Assembly: GCA_010356995.1 (NCBI GenBank)
Contig: ML996699.1
Span: forward strand, 216,323-280,322
Source of the DNA: Trichodelitschia bisporula
Lineage: Eukaryota
Direction of reading: 5' to 3'
Length of the DNA: 64,000 nt
Shown: positions 11,527 through 23,333 of the stretch, one piece after another
How the letters are laid out: each line of letters begins with the position of its first letter
Numbering within the stretch: the stretch's first letter is position 1
Translations under genes and position numbers: made by a program
Notes under the pieces: model-generated
Seen by the model: the letters and a program-made list of their open reading frames with translations, nothing else
Told to the model about the DNA's origin: nothing
The model's database searches: none

Positions 11527-12470
11527 ATGAGTTCTCCAAAGCGTCGGATCGAGATGGATGTAGGTGGAACCCCGCAGTCCTTTGAATGTGGCAAAGCTAA
11601 CAGTTCGCAGGTCATGAAGTCGGTGCTCCGTGTATACCTAACTCGTGGGAATGACTGAATTTGCCTAGGATGTGCAGTTCCGCCCACCGCGGTCGACCGG
11701 TCTGTACTAAGGGTGGATAGGCTCATGAGCGACTACGAAGTGACGTTAGTCAACGACAACAGTATGTGGATACTCACCCTTGATCTTAGGATTGCTAACA
11801 TGCATAGTGTTTGTATTCTGCTATCTTGCTCTCCCTAAACTCACACTTGTGTAGGCAGGAGTTTTATGTCCGGTTCAAAGGCCCCGAAGAAAGTACGTCA
11901 TAACCATCCTTATCGTTCGTTGCTGACAGCAACAGCACCATTCGCCGGTGGTCACTGGAAGATCCACGTCGAGATTCCTGATCAATATCCGTACAAGAGT
12001 CCTAGTATTGGCTTCGTCAACCGCATTTTCCACCCGAACATCGACGAGCTGTAAGGAACCCTGTCGCCTCTCGCTCTCCCGGACATACTCTGACGGTTGG
12101 AAGCTCCGGATCTGTCTGCTTGGATGTGATCAATCAGACATGGTCCCCAATGTATGACATGATCAACATCTTCGAGGTCTTCCTGCCACAGCTGCTCCGA
12201 TACCCGAACCCGGCGGACCCGCTCAACGGTGAGGCTGCGGCGCTGATGATGCGCGAGCCAAAGAACTACGAGGCGAAGGTCAAGGGTGAGTACTTCGTGC
12301 CGTAGCTTTCTTAACTAAGCAACGTAGAATACGTCCTCAAGTATGCCACCAAGGAAGCGGTGGATGAGGCGGGCAACGAAGATGAGTCTGAGAGCGAGAT
12401 CAGCTCCGTCGGTAGCTACGGAGAGGATGAGGAAGATGAGGAAGCAGCGGGTAACATGGAGGACATATGA
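11527..12470 (+). CDS. UBC8: Ubiquitin-conjugating enzyme E2 (UBE2H/Ubc8 type), 9 exons including 8-nt, 3-nt and 1-nt microexons
   Basis: Spliced product [68 protein letters not shown]...[22 protein letters not shown]..., with HPN motif, catalytic Cys and an acidic tail. Confidence 0.95.
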
Positions 12471-14290
12471 GGCCCCGACCAGCGGCAAGGGAGGGCCTAA
12501 ACTTTTCATGAATCATCTGGTTTAGGGGCTTTACGGGTATACCTTTCGGTTTGTACTCAGGGGAGAATGGAGACTTGGCGCTTTTGCGACTGACTCTTGC
12601 CGTATTCAACTTCGGAAGGGGACGGAGTTTTATGTTTCGTCTGTTCGGGGGTCTGGTTTTAGGTACTCTATATCAACGGTTCGCTGGCTCTGGATGATCG
12701 TCACGACTACATCGTCCCCTCTCTCCGGCTAGCAGCCATGTACCCACACCTTTTAACAGCTTCGGAGTCATCCTTGACTTGAACTTTCAGACTCACATGT
12801 ACGATGAACAAATGGCCGGCACCGAGAGATTCTGTGATAGAACCCCCCAAAGGAGTGATGGCGAGCAGTAAGATGGTCAAGGTGACCTAGGTGCGTCTCC
12901 TTGACAAAGCCATGACGGTTCGGAGCCAGGCAGGCACAGCGGATGGTTTGAGAAAGGTCAGAGATCTGGTTCTTGCTGCCTGATATGACTATCTTGCGAG
13001 ATCGTTGTTCGCTTGTTCTCACGAGCGGCGGGAATCAGCACTCTTCTAAGAAGAAGTGTAGTTCATGTCACGCGATAGAGACCCTGTCAGCAACCCTGGT
13101 GTGTCTATATGCGGAAAGGTGGCATCCTTGGATTTGACAGAGCATCGTACGGCAGGCTTATGATGTTGCAGCACCTTACACCGGCAACGGATGTCTGGTT
13201 CTAGACGGCCCTGTGGTGACATTCTAAATAGCAGTGCTAAAATATCGAGCAGCTTCCGAGTCTGGGCTATTGTATGCGGCGCACAATGGAACACAGAAGC
13301 AAGCGTCCGATCCGGATATCAGTTATGTCACAGCAGATGCCTCAATGATTATACGTTACTTGCATTGGGGCTTGTCGTCCACTCGAACCATATTCTGGCG
13401 CACAACGTCTTCAAATGTGGGATATATAAAGCACGCGGGTGGGACGATAACTGGACACAGCATGAGGGGCGGTTCGCGTGCCCAGCCACGATACTGTACG
13501 GTACTGTGATACGTACCGGAGACACCGCCCGAAGCGCACAACATCAGACTATTGGCCATTCCCCCACTCAACCAGCCGTGAAATCTCAAACGCAACAACC
13601 AGAATAACCTCCCGCACAGCAGCGAAAACAGCGGAGATATAATTGTAAGCGAAGTCTAATCACCCCGCCATTGGGGGAAGACTCTGCTCAGCCCTCTGTC
13701 CCCGCACCCAATCATACTACCCGTGCCTCTCTCACGGAGTCCCAGCGACCGCCGGATAGCATGACGTCGGGCGCATCGAACCAGCTGAGTGCACCAGACA
13801 CCCAGCAACCCCTCTCCACTCCGACACCTGGATACGGTTCCTGCGCTCACTCCCCCGTCAAGACGAACGCACGCACGCCGCAGCCCCCGCCGTTGCGGTG
13901 TGCCGTCGCAACCCTTGTCACACCCGTGCCCACTCCCCCGTTCCATTCGGCAAGCCCGAAAAGCAACCAGTCTACCACGGCAGCTTGACCGACGGACCCA
14001 GTGCCGCTCTGGGGATGTGGGGGCTTTGGGGGCTCGGCATGTGCTTCGGGGCATCGTGTCTGACCGCGGTCGTGCGCGGGGATTGAAGGTGAGAGGGGGC
14101 CCGGGAATGTGGGCGAGGCTGATGTTAGGATCGGGAGCTGCAGCATGCATGGCGAGAAGGAGCGACGGGGGCAAGGGGTGGCGAGATGTTTGTCAGACTG
14201 TGAGGGGCGTGAGATGGGGCCCGGGGGGCGGTCTTCTTGCAGACCTCTCGCGGGCGATTGCAGGCATGGCGAAGTGTGTTGCCCGTTTGT

Positions 14291-14328
14291 GGCCTGCGCT
14301 GAGCGGCCTGCGCTGAGCGGCCTGCGCT
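14291..14328 (+). repeat. 14-bp tandem repeat, 2.7 copies, upstream of the calpain gene
   Basis: ggcctgcgctgagc twice, then ggcctgcgct. Confidence 0.9.
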
Positions 14329-14604
14329 CTTTCTCGAGCTGCATGCGCCATGCAAGCCACCCGGCTTCTAGCGCGGCCGTCCCGTCTATCTTTACCGCCT
14401 GCCCCGCTCGGCCCGTCGTAGGAGCTGAGGCGGGCAACGGATGCGCGGAAAGCATAACTACATAAGCGGCGCCGCGGGGTTGCGTTACTTCCCTAGCTTG
14501 CCTTTTGTTGACAGTCGAGATACCCCATCTTTCTTGAATATCTCGTTCTGGGTAAGCGTTTGCGATCGAGGATATCGTTCCTCGCAGTGTCTCTTCTTTC
14601 CCCT

Positions 14605-17600
14605 ATGGTTGCCACTGTATCTTCGCCGCCCCTCGAAATGTCAAAAGCAGACCTCGCAATGCGCTCCGGCGCCGCGCCTATCCGCCCCCCCGCCCCGACT
14701 CACCCCTCTGCTTCGCACTCTATCCCCCTCGCCGCGACCCCGCAGCCCATCTCCCGCCCACCGACACCCCCCGCGCAACCCTCGCGTCCGCAGTCAATCA
14801 TCGTACACCCCGCGACCGTGGGCCCGCTTACGGGGCAATCCCGGGCAGCCGAGAAACGCAAGCGGCACCAGCCGGCGCAAAAGACGGTCGACGACTTCTG
14901 GTCCGCGTTCAGCAGCAAGACGCCCGGAAAGCCGTACTGCGTTCTGCCGGACAATTTCTATGCGCGCAAGGCGGCGGCGCAGGCTTACCTTTTCTCACGG
15001 GCGGCGAATGCGCTGGCGAGTTATGATGAGGCGCGGGCGAGTTGCGAGGCGAAGGTGGCGAAGATCGTGAAGGAGTGTCGGCGATTGAATGTCAAGTATC
15101 GGGATCCGCATTTTGATATTGAGGCGGATTTTCGGAGATGGGTGGGCGATGTTCCGTATTCGGATTGTTTGATGGGGTTGATGGATCAGAGTACGCAGCT
15201 CAGGCCGGCGAGTGTTAAGAGAGTGGAGGATATATTTGTGGATCCGCAATTCTTTGTCGAAGGGCCGACGGCGAACGATGTGCGGCAGGGTAAAGAGGGG
15301 GATTGCTGGTTCATGTCGGCGCTGTGTACGCTGAGCAATAAGGAGGGCCTCATTGAGCGGGTGTGTGTGGCGCGGGACGAGCAGGTTGGGGTGTATGGGT
15401 TTGTCTTTCACAGAGGTTCGTCTGATGTTGAAACCCTGTGGACGATTGCTAAATACCTCAGATGGCGAGTGGATGTCGGAAGTCATCGACGATAAGCTCT
15501 ACCTCATCAAGGAGGACTTCAACGAAGCGACGCTCGAGCGCAACAAATGGCTAGAGCTCCAGAACCGCACGAGTCCCGAGGAGGAATACCGCACGGTGAT
15601 GCAGACTGGCTCTCGCGCGCTTTACTTTGCTCAGTGCAGCGACCCAAACGAGACCTGGCTACCGCTGCTGGAGAAGGCATACGCAAAGGCACACGGAGAC
15701 TACTCGGCGCTTGAGAGCGGGTTCGTGGGAGAGGGTATCGAGGATCTTACGGGTGGCGTGACGACAGAGCTGTTTTCGACAGACATTCTCGACAAGGAGA
15801 AGTTCTGGAGAGAAGAGTTGATGAACGTCAACAAACAGGTGTGTTACAACGCCCGCGCCCTGGTAAAAGAGTCGCAAGAAGCTGACAATCAACAGTTTCT
15901 ATTCGGGTGCGGGCAAATGGGTGGGAAGCACGGACAGCGCAACGGCATCCTGGAGAAGCATGCCTATTCCATCATGGAGGCGCGGGAGGTCGGGGGTGAG
16001 AAGCTACTGAAACTGCGGTATGTGAGGCCACCGAAGACTTTGCTTTTGCTTACATATCAGGAATCCCTGGGGTAATACCGAGTGGAGAGGAGCGTGGAGC
16101 GATGGCTCTGCCGAGTGGACGCCCAAGTGGATGGAACTCCTTGACCACAAGTTCGGCGATGATGGCGTCTTCTGGATCTCATACAAGGACCTGCTCCGGA
16201 ACTATCAGCATTTTGACCGCACACGTCTCTTCGGACCGGAGTGGACCATAACCCAGCAATGGACCAACCTCTACGTGCCCTGGTCCTCGGACTATCTCGA
16301 TACGAAGTTCAGAGTCACGCTTTCCAAGGCCGGCCCTGTCGTCATCGTGCTCTCCCAGCTCGACGACCGCTTTTTCCGCGGACTCGAGGGGCAGTACGAA
16401 TTCCACCTGCAGTTCCGGCTGCACAAGGACGACGAGGAAGAGTACATCGTGCGCTCCAACCAGAGCTACTACATGAAGCGCTCCGTGTCCACCGAGCTCG
16501 ACCTTGAACCCGGCAACTACACGGTGCTCCTCAAGATCACAGCCAAGCGCTACCCCGAACTGCCGACCGTGGAAGAGGCCGTCGCCGCAACCTGCCACTT
16601 CCGCCGCGAGAAGCTCCTCTCCATCGGCCTTTCCTACGATCTGGCCCACGCAAAGGGCGCCTTCCGCGAATCGGCCGCCGAAAAGGCAGCTTTAGAGCGC
16701 GCAGAGCGTCGCCGCAAGCGCCGTGAGGAGGCATTCAAGGCACACAGCGCCCGCCGCCACGAGCATCGCAAGCGCAAGCTGCGTCAGATGAAGCAGGACG
16801 CCAAGCGGGCGGAACGGGGGGGCCATGGGGAGCGTGTGGGACTCGGTATTGTTGAGCGGCAAACCAGCTTTGACCGCCGGCTTGAGACGCTACATGCGGC
16901 GCAGGAGTCGATGCGGACGATTGGGGATGGGCCGTTGTTGGATGAGCCGGAGGGGCTGGCGACGCCACCTTTGGGCCCTGTGGGGCCGGGGCTGGTCAAG
17001 AGGGACAGCTTGAGTTTCCATGTTAATGGAAGGCGGGATACGCTTCTTGGGAGGAATTCCCGCTCTGGAAGTCCGGCCGGAAGGCGCGATCGGCGGGATA
17101 CCTTGAGTGTCAGGCCGCCGGGTGGAGGGAGTGGGAGCAGTGCTGGTGCACCTGGGATTCGGCTCCAGCGGGCGAGTTTCAGCAGCGGGAAGCCAGGGCT
17201 GTCGCTGGCGGATGTGAGCGACGATGATCTAAGCTGGGACGATGAGCTGGATGCGCCGGACGACAGCGAAGATGATGAGGAGATTGGGTTTAAATCCGGC
17301 TCCGTATCTGCTTTTGGGTTCGGCGAGGGGCGCGGACGGCGGGATGAGGAGGAGGTGGAAATGGAGAATCCGTGGAATGCGGTTTGCGTCGTTGGGCTTA
17401 GGGTTTACTCGAAGGACCCGGAGGTCAGAATTCAGGTTGTGCGCGGCTCCGAGGACCATGAGGCGAATGGAGAGGGGAGAGTTTATAAGAGCTTGGATGT
17501 GGATGATGCCAGCAAGGATCCGTCGAGGGAGCCGGTTAGTCCGATCAGTGCCGGGGCACATGGGCCGACTAAGAGCTTGTTCGAGATGCTGAAGGGGAGC

Positions 17601-17612
17601 GAGTTCGATTAG
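14605..17612 (+). CDS. Calpain-family cysteine protease (CysPc plus domain III-like), 4 coding exons
   Basis: Catalytic triad motifs QGKEGDCWFMSA, HAYSI and R/NPWG; WLPLLEKAYAKAHGDY; EDLTGG; DDGVFWISY. Putative 5'-UTR intron at 14552-14587. No MIT-like N-terminus was seen, so it is not called PalB. Confidence 0.92.
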
Positions 17613-18338
17613 ACTTGAAGGTTTAGGGTGCCAGTTCGGGTAGTTATCGGGCAAGCGGGATTGAGAGCGTTTGGGTGCTTTTGGCGAGTACCCGTATCTT
17701 TCTGTACCTTGCCTGTTGTAGTGAGCCACATATTAATACTATTCTTCAACGTAGAATGGTATTCTCCAGGGACGAAAGAAAGGAAATCCAAAGCAAGTGA
17801 CGTCGATAATGGTTTGGAAGTGAGGTCGCTTTTGTACCAAGCGAGAGCGCCCGAGACTTGTTTGTGCCTTGTTGAGGCCTCGACGATATTGATTGCCTAC
17901 GATTTCAGAAACCCAATCTCCTGACGCAGAATACTGTACAGGTAGGAAACACCGTCTAAGACTGGGAACTTTTTCACTCTGGAGAAAATCCGGACCCATA
18001 GACTTCAAGGTGGTAAACTGTTGACTTGAGGCTCTGGAACTTGCAGCTGGAGTGGAAAGGCTGTGGCGGTTGCTCAATGATGACGATTTGAGGACGCGCG
18101 GCCATTGGCCTGCTCCGCCCAGACAGGTGTGGCTTGACGGACCAAGTGGCGCGCGACCTGACCTCATTAATCACCCCCCCCCAGAGCTTCACCTTCGCTC
18201 TCATCTCAAGCACCGGCGCACTTCACCATCTGCTTCTACGTCACCCACTGGCTCTGTTCCATTAGTACACCTCGACCTCCCTCGCTTACTGCGTATCACC
18301 TTCTTGCCTCCCTTCCTCTCCCCCTACCCGCGCCAGCC

Positions 18339-20848
18339 ATGTTTCGCGCGCAGCAAAACGCCTTTGACGCCGTGGTTGGTGAGTAGCAGGCACCCGTCAA
18401 ACATGCCGCCAGTTCACGGTATCTTGGAAGGGCTGGTCTGACTGTTACGTGTAGGCAAGGCAACCGACGAGAACCTCACGAGCGAGAACTGGGAATATAT
18501 TCTGGTACGACCTTACCCCGCCTTCGATCGAGAGCCGGCGGCTTGCGGCGCAGTACAGCGTAAAGCTGGTTGGGACACTTGCTAAGTGTGATGTGACTGC
18601 AGGATGTTTGCGATAAAGTCAGCGCAGAGGATACTGGGTGAGAAGCCCCTTCGGCATGCGACTCGGGTTACAGATCGAGTTCGATAGCGCCCGGCATGGT
18701 TCATTACTGACTTGCGGACTTCGTAGTGCGAAAGATGTCGTGGCCGCCCTTATCAAGCGCCTGGCACATCGGAATGCCAACGTTCAGTTGTACACTCTCG
18801 AGGTACGCTCTGCTGTGGCTGACAAGTTGAGTGTCGACTGACTGAACAGCTCGCCAATGCTCTCTCACAAAACTGCGGCGTCAAAGTTCACAAGGAACTG
18901 GCATCGCGCAGCTTTACCGAAGCGCTCCTGAGGTTGGCTGGAGACAGAGTTTGTACTCCTCCTATGTTCTGGCCCTAGCTAATCGACGAAGAACACCCAC
19001 CAGCAGGTCAAGTCTAAGATCCTTGAGCGCATGGAGGAGTGGGCGGAGATGTTCTCCTCCGACCCGGACCTTGGAATCATGGAGCAGGCATACATGAGGC
19101 TGAAGACGCAGAGTATGGCTCCTTGGATAGGGAGACGTGCCCGCTAACGCAACAAGATCCGAATCTGCACCCACCGTCGAAACCCGTCAAGACGCTCATT
19201 ACTGACGCGGACCGCCGACGCGAAGAAGAGGAGCTTCAAATGGCGCTTGCGTTATCCGTTAAAGACCGAGCAACTGCATCAACGGCTGCATCTACGGCCA
19301 CCTCCCAACCGCAATCTTCCTACCAGCCCGAATCCTCCCAGGCCCCCCAGCTGGAGCCGCAGCCCACTCACCAAGGCACCACGGCAGCGACTGTTTCGCG
19401 CGTCCGCGCCCTCTACGACTTCCAGCCCTCGGAGCCTGGTGAACTTGCCTTCCGTAAAGGTGACGTCATCGCGGTTCTCGAATCCGTCTTCAAAGACTGG
19501 TGGAAGGGCTCGTTGCGTGGCCAAACGGGTATCTTTCCGCTCAACTATGTGGAAAAGCTACAGGACCCCACTAGGGAAGAACTGGAGCGCGAGGCGCATA
19601 TGGAGTCCGAAGTATTCGCCGAGATGAAGAACGTGGAAAAACTACTGGCGTTACTGAGCACTAGCTCGGAACCCGGTAGGGGGGATGTCCGCGACAACGA
19701 AGAAATTACGGTAGGTTTCCCTTCTATTTTTGTGGACGACCTAACAGTCTAGACTTTGTATCATTCAACTCTCGCCATCCGGCCTAAGCTCATTGAACTT
19801 ATTGGGAAGTATTCGCAAAAGAAGGGTAAGGCACTTAGCCCTTAATGCGCAATAGCTCACATCTTTAGATGACTTCACGCAGCTTAACGAAAAGTTTATC
19901 AAGGCTCGCCGCGATTACGAAAACCTCCTGGAGGCCTCCATGTCTCAGCCGCCACAGCCAACCTATGGGCGACCTGCTTACACCTATGGTGGGGCTCCAA
20001 CGACCGCGCAGGCCCCTGGCTATTCTGTAGGCGGTGCATATCCCGCTCAAGCACCAAACCCAGAAGGTCGCTACTTCTCTCCCGCGCCGCAGGAGCCGAA
20101 TTATCCACCGCAGAACGCCCCGCAGCCGTTTTATTTCGTCCCCCCGTCACAACAGGCTCAGGGCCAGCCGCCTCGTCCCTCCTCCAATACTAATGCTTCT
20201 AGTGACGACCTCTACGCCAACCCTCCTTCTCGGACAAACACCGATAGTGCCCGTCCGCAAACTATGTACGACACCATTCCGGCTGCCGGTGGACTTAGCG
20301 CTCCTGGGGCTGCTGCGCCAGCGGCAGGACTCGGTTTGCCGCAGGAGCTGGCAAGCGGCTCCTTTGACAGCCCCATCGACAACCGCCACAGCTACGCCGC
20401 CCCGCCGAGCCAGCAGTACGGTGGCGCCCCCCCGGCTCAGACGTCCCAACCCTGGCGCCCCTACGGAGATCCCGCCGCCAACCCCGGCCCTGCCCCGCAC
20501 TCTCCCTCCTCCCAGTATTCAACCCAGGCGCCATCCGCCATCGGTGCGCTACCCTCGCAGAAGCCCAGCCACCCGCCAGGCGCCTCGGACCCCTTTTCAG
20601 ATCCCTACAGCCAGGCCCGGCCCGGTCAAGCGCAGGTGAGGCCACCGACCGGATCTCCGGGCGCAGAGTCGCCGAATGCGAAGCCCTCTGGCCCGTATAC
20701 GGCGTATCAGCAGCTCCCGCCTTCACAGGGCCAGCCTCAGCCTCAGGCACCCGGTTACCAGGCATATGCGCCGGCCGGCGGTGCGCCGGGGAGGTGGAAT
20801 GGGGTGCAGGCGGGTGCAGGTCGTGACGAGGAGCAGTATTACCGGTGA
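18339..20848 (+). CDS. HSE1: ESCRT-0 subunit Hse1/STAM (VHS, UIM, SH3, GAT, Pro/Gln-rich tail), 9 exons
   Basis: VHS motif AKATDENLTSENWEYILDVCDKV...RNANVQLYTL; UIM REEEELQMALALS; SH3 VRALYDF...DWWKGSLRGQTGIFPLNYV; GAT LYHSTLAIRPKLIELIGKYSQKK. Confidence 0.95.
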
Positions 20849-21344
20849 TGAGCGCCTGGGGACAGCAACGTGCTTGATGTGATGTATTCCCCCAGGTCGG
20901 CTGCGCTAGGAGTCTGGTGTATTGATCCTGGGTTCTTGTTCATTACGGCGGGGATGGCAGGGGTGAGGTGTTGGTGGGGTGGATTGTTTTCTGTTTTCCT
21001 AGGCTTGACTGCGGATTAAGTATGATGTCTATGTGTATATGCCTGGAAGTGCGGGGTATGTCTTCTATCTGGCAGCGACAGCTGTTCTTAGCAACCTTTG
21101 AAGGCCTATGTCTGTGTACTTATGATGTGACCGCAAATGCAATGGCAGCATGATGCCCCAGCCGGTTGAACCCCTCTTTGGGACCTTTTGAGGAGTCACG
21201 GCTGACGTCATTTCCAGCGCCAAATGCCAAAGTCTGAGCTCGGAGCGCCGTTTAGCTTCTCCCTTCCATTCAAAATGTTTTGCACTATATATACTCAGGG
21301 TGCGGAGGGTCCAACACCACACTACGACGAGCACAGCTCGCCCA

Positions 21345-21416
21345 TCTTCCGTAGTCTAGTGGTCATGATTTCCGCTTGTCACGCGGACGGCCCGGGTTCG
21401 ATTCCCGGCGGGAGAG
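21345..21416 (+). tRNA. tRNA-Asp (anticodon GTC), intronless
   Basis: Acceptor stem TCTTCCG/CGGGAGA plus discriminator G; D-arm TAGTCTAGTGGTCATGATT; anticodon arm TCCGC-TTGTCAC-GCGGA; T-arm CCGGG-TTCGATT-CCCGG. Confidence 0.97.
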
Positions 21417-21420
21417 ATTC

Positions 21421-21425
21421 TTTTT
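21421..21425 (+). terminator. RNA polymerase III oligo-T terminator of tRNA-Asp
   Basis: T5 run 4 nt after the discriminator base. Confidence 0.7.
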
Positions 21426-21809
21426 GCTCTCATCCTTTTCACAAGAGTGCACAAAGTAAACTACTGTGGCTAGATATTGCTATGTTTCAATTTTTTGATC
21501 TGATATCAACTCTGGGCGTTGTGGTCCTCTGAATTTGTACTGAATGATCCTAGAGATACGGCTCAATTTACAGTACCACTGGATCATTAGCCGACAAGGC
21601 TTACTCGTTGAGAGCTTTCCCAGCTTCTGTCACGGGAAGTGAACGAACAAGGCTCGGGAGTCTATTCTTCATGCTATTAATGCCAACTGCCTCCCGTACG
21701 GTTGGAAATCGAGCTACAAACTTTCCTTCCAACCCAGATGAAGCTTGAATTCTCCAGCCCACGAAAGCACATCGCAGATGCCACCAGTCCCACTTCGTCA
21801 ATGCAGCCG

Positions 21810-23264
21810 TTACTGCTCCATGAACACCAACTCCCCATTAACATTCTCGATCCTCTCATCCAACTCCACCTTCGCCTCCCTCCACCTCCCACTACGATCC
21901 CTCAGCAGCGCAACCAGACTCCCGCCCTCAAGACACACCTCCTTCGCACTAGCCATGAAGTTCCCATCCGCGTCCTCAGGGCCGACCCACGCAAACGTCC
22001 CGTCATTATTCGCCAGCCAGCGGTTTAACGAGAGCTCGGACCAGTAGTGCTCTCCTTGCACGCAGCGGCATCTGGCCGAAAGGGTGCAGTTCCAATTCTG
22101 GGACGTCCTGTCCTGGGAGGTGCCGATGCGGATGTCGCGCGAAGTGTGGGAGAAGTTGCCGCGTTTTGGGCCTACGACTGGGTCGCTCCCTGGGGCCAGG
22201 GCGGGCATGTGAGGTTCGACGATGGGGACTGGGAGCTCGTGGGATGGGGGCTCGGGCTCCTGGGCGAGTGGGACTTGTCGGACCCCCGCTACATATTGGC
22301 GAAGGTAGGCCACGTAATTGGGAGGCGCGGACTCCTGGGAGAGTTCGTTGGGGCGGGGGGGCGCCGTTGCTTGGGGGGCGGTATTGAGGCCTGCGTTGTC
22401 GATAATGTCCATGATCAGCTCCTTAGCATACGCACGGTTGGCCTCGGTGCCAATCAAGTTGATGACGGGACGCAGGCCATTGATGTCCTCATCCGCCCAA
22501 ATGATACTGATGCCGCATCCACTGCGTTCCCGGAGGTCTGCGAAGGTCTGACTATCAAGGCCGAGGAGGCCAAAAGCCCAGTGCGGCACCATGATCTGCT
22601 CTTGGTTCTCATCTTCTTGGAGGGGCTGCTGAGCGGCAGCCGGGTTCGCATCACGGGGCGGAGGTTCTGAAGGCGGGGCGCTGGTGGCGAGCGCCTGGGA
22701 GAGTTCGGTGGGATTGGGAGGCGCCGTCGCTTGGGGAAGGGTGTTGATGCGCTCATTGTCGACAATCTCCATAATCAGCTCCTTAGCAGCCGCACGGTAG
22801 GCCACGGGGCCAATAATGTTGATGGGACGTAGGCCATTGTTACTCTTGTGCGCACCAAGGATATTGATGTCGCATCCACTGCGTTGCTGGAGGTCCGCGA
22901 TGGTCTGACCGCCACGGCCAACGATGAGGCCAATAGTCCGGTCCGGCACCATCATCTGCTCCTCGCGATCATCTTCTTGGAGGGGCTGCTGAGCGGCAGC
23001 CGGCTTCGCATCACTGGGCTGAGGTTCTGAAGGCGGGACGATAATGAAATTGTCCCGGTTGTTGAGGGGATATGGAAGCCGAACGGGTAGAGAATAGCCC
23101 GTAGCTGCCGGGAATTCGCGCCCTACGTCTTGGTGTCCGGTATACGCGTCGGAATACACGCCGCGGGTGTATGAGCGAAAGCCATGTGGGACGGCGGGCT
23201 GGGGTGCTGGGTCCGAAGCGCTAGTTGCGTCGACCGACGGACTAGGCGTAGGCTTCATGACCAT
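21810..23264 (-). CDS. Intronless 484-aa protein with two tandem KH domains and a C-terminal cyanovirin-N homology (CVNH) domain
   Basis: KH1 is QMMVPDRTIGLIVGRGGQTIADLQQRSGCDINI...LRPINIIG...AKELIMEIV; KH2 is a diverged copy. CVNH is GNFSHTSRDI...LSARC...SELSLNRWLANNDGTFAW...GNFMASAKEV...LDERIENVNGELVF. ATG in a good context (caaaATGg). Confidence 0.88.
   Translation of the reverse strand: MVMKPTPSPSVDATSASDPAPQPAVPHGFRSYTRGVYSDAYTGHQDVGREFPAATGYSLPVRLPYPLNNRDNFIIVPPSEPQPSDAKPAAAQQPLQEDDREEQMMVPDRTIGLIVGRGGQTIADLQQRSGCDINILGAHKSNNGLRPINIIGPVAYRAAAKELIMEIVDNERINTLPQATAPPNPTELSQALATSAPPSEPPPRDANPAAAQQPLQEDENQEQIMVPHWAFGLLGLDSQTFADLRERSGCGISIIWADEDINGLRPVINLIGTEANRAYAKELIMDIIDNAGLNTAPQATAPPRPNELSQESAPPNYVAYLRQYVAGVRQVPLAQEPEPPSHELPVPIVEPHMPALAPGSDPVVGPKRGNFSHTSRDIRIGTSQDRTSQNWNCTLSARCRCVQGEHYWSELSLNRWLANNDGTFAWVGPEDADGNFMASAKEVCLEGGSLVALLRDRSGRWREAKVELDERIENVNGELVFMEQ
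22330..23040 (-). repeat. Internal tandem duplication with a 360-nt (120-aa) period, each unit holding one KH domain plus linker
   Basis: 22610-22680 and 22970-23040 are nearly identical (atcttcttggaggggctgctgagcggcagccgg...gaggttctgaaggcggg) at an exact 360-nt offset. Outer boundaries are approximate. Confidence 0.9.
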
Positions 23265-23333
23265 TTTGAAGGCGTGGAGGAGTGCAGTTTGGAGTTCAGA
23301 TGGTAGACAGGGCGAACAACCATGGGGGCCTGG

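Noticed and set aside
12768..14470. Several 80-200 aa ORFs between UBC8 and the calpain gene
   Set aside because: They overlap on both strands, often start at non-ATG codons, are low complexity and show no motif or consistent codon bias.
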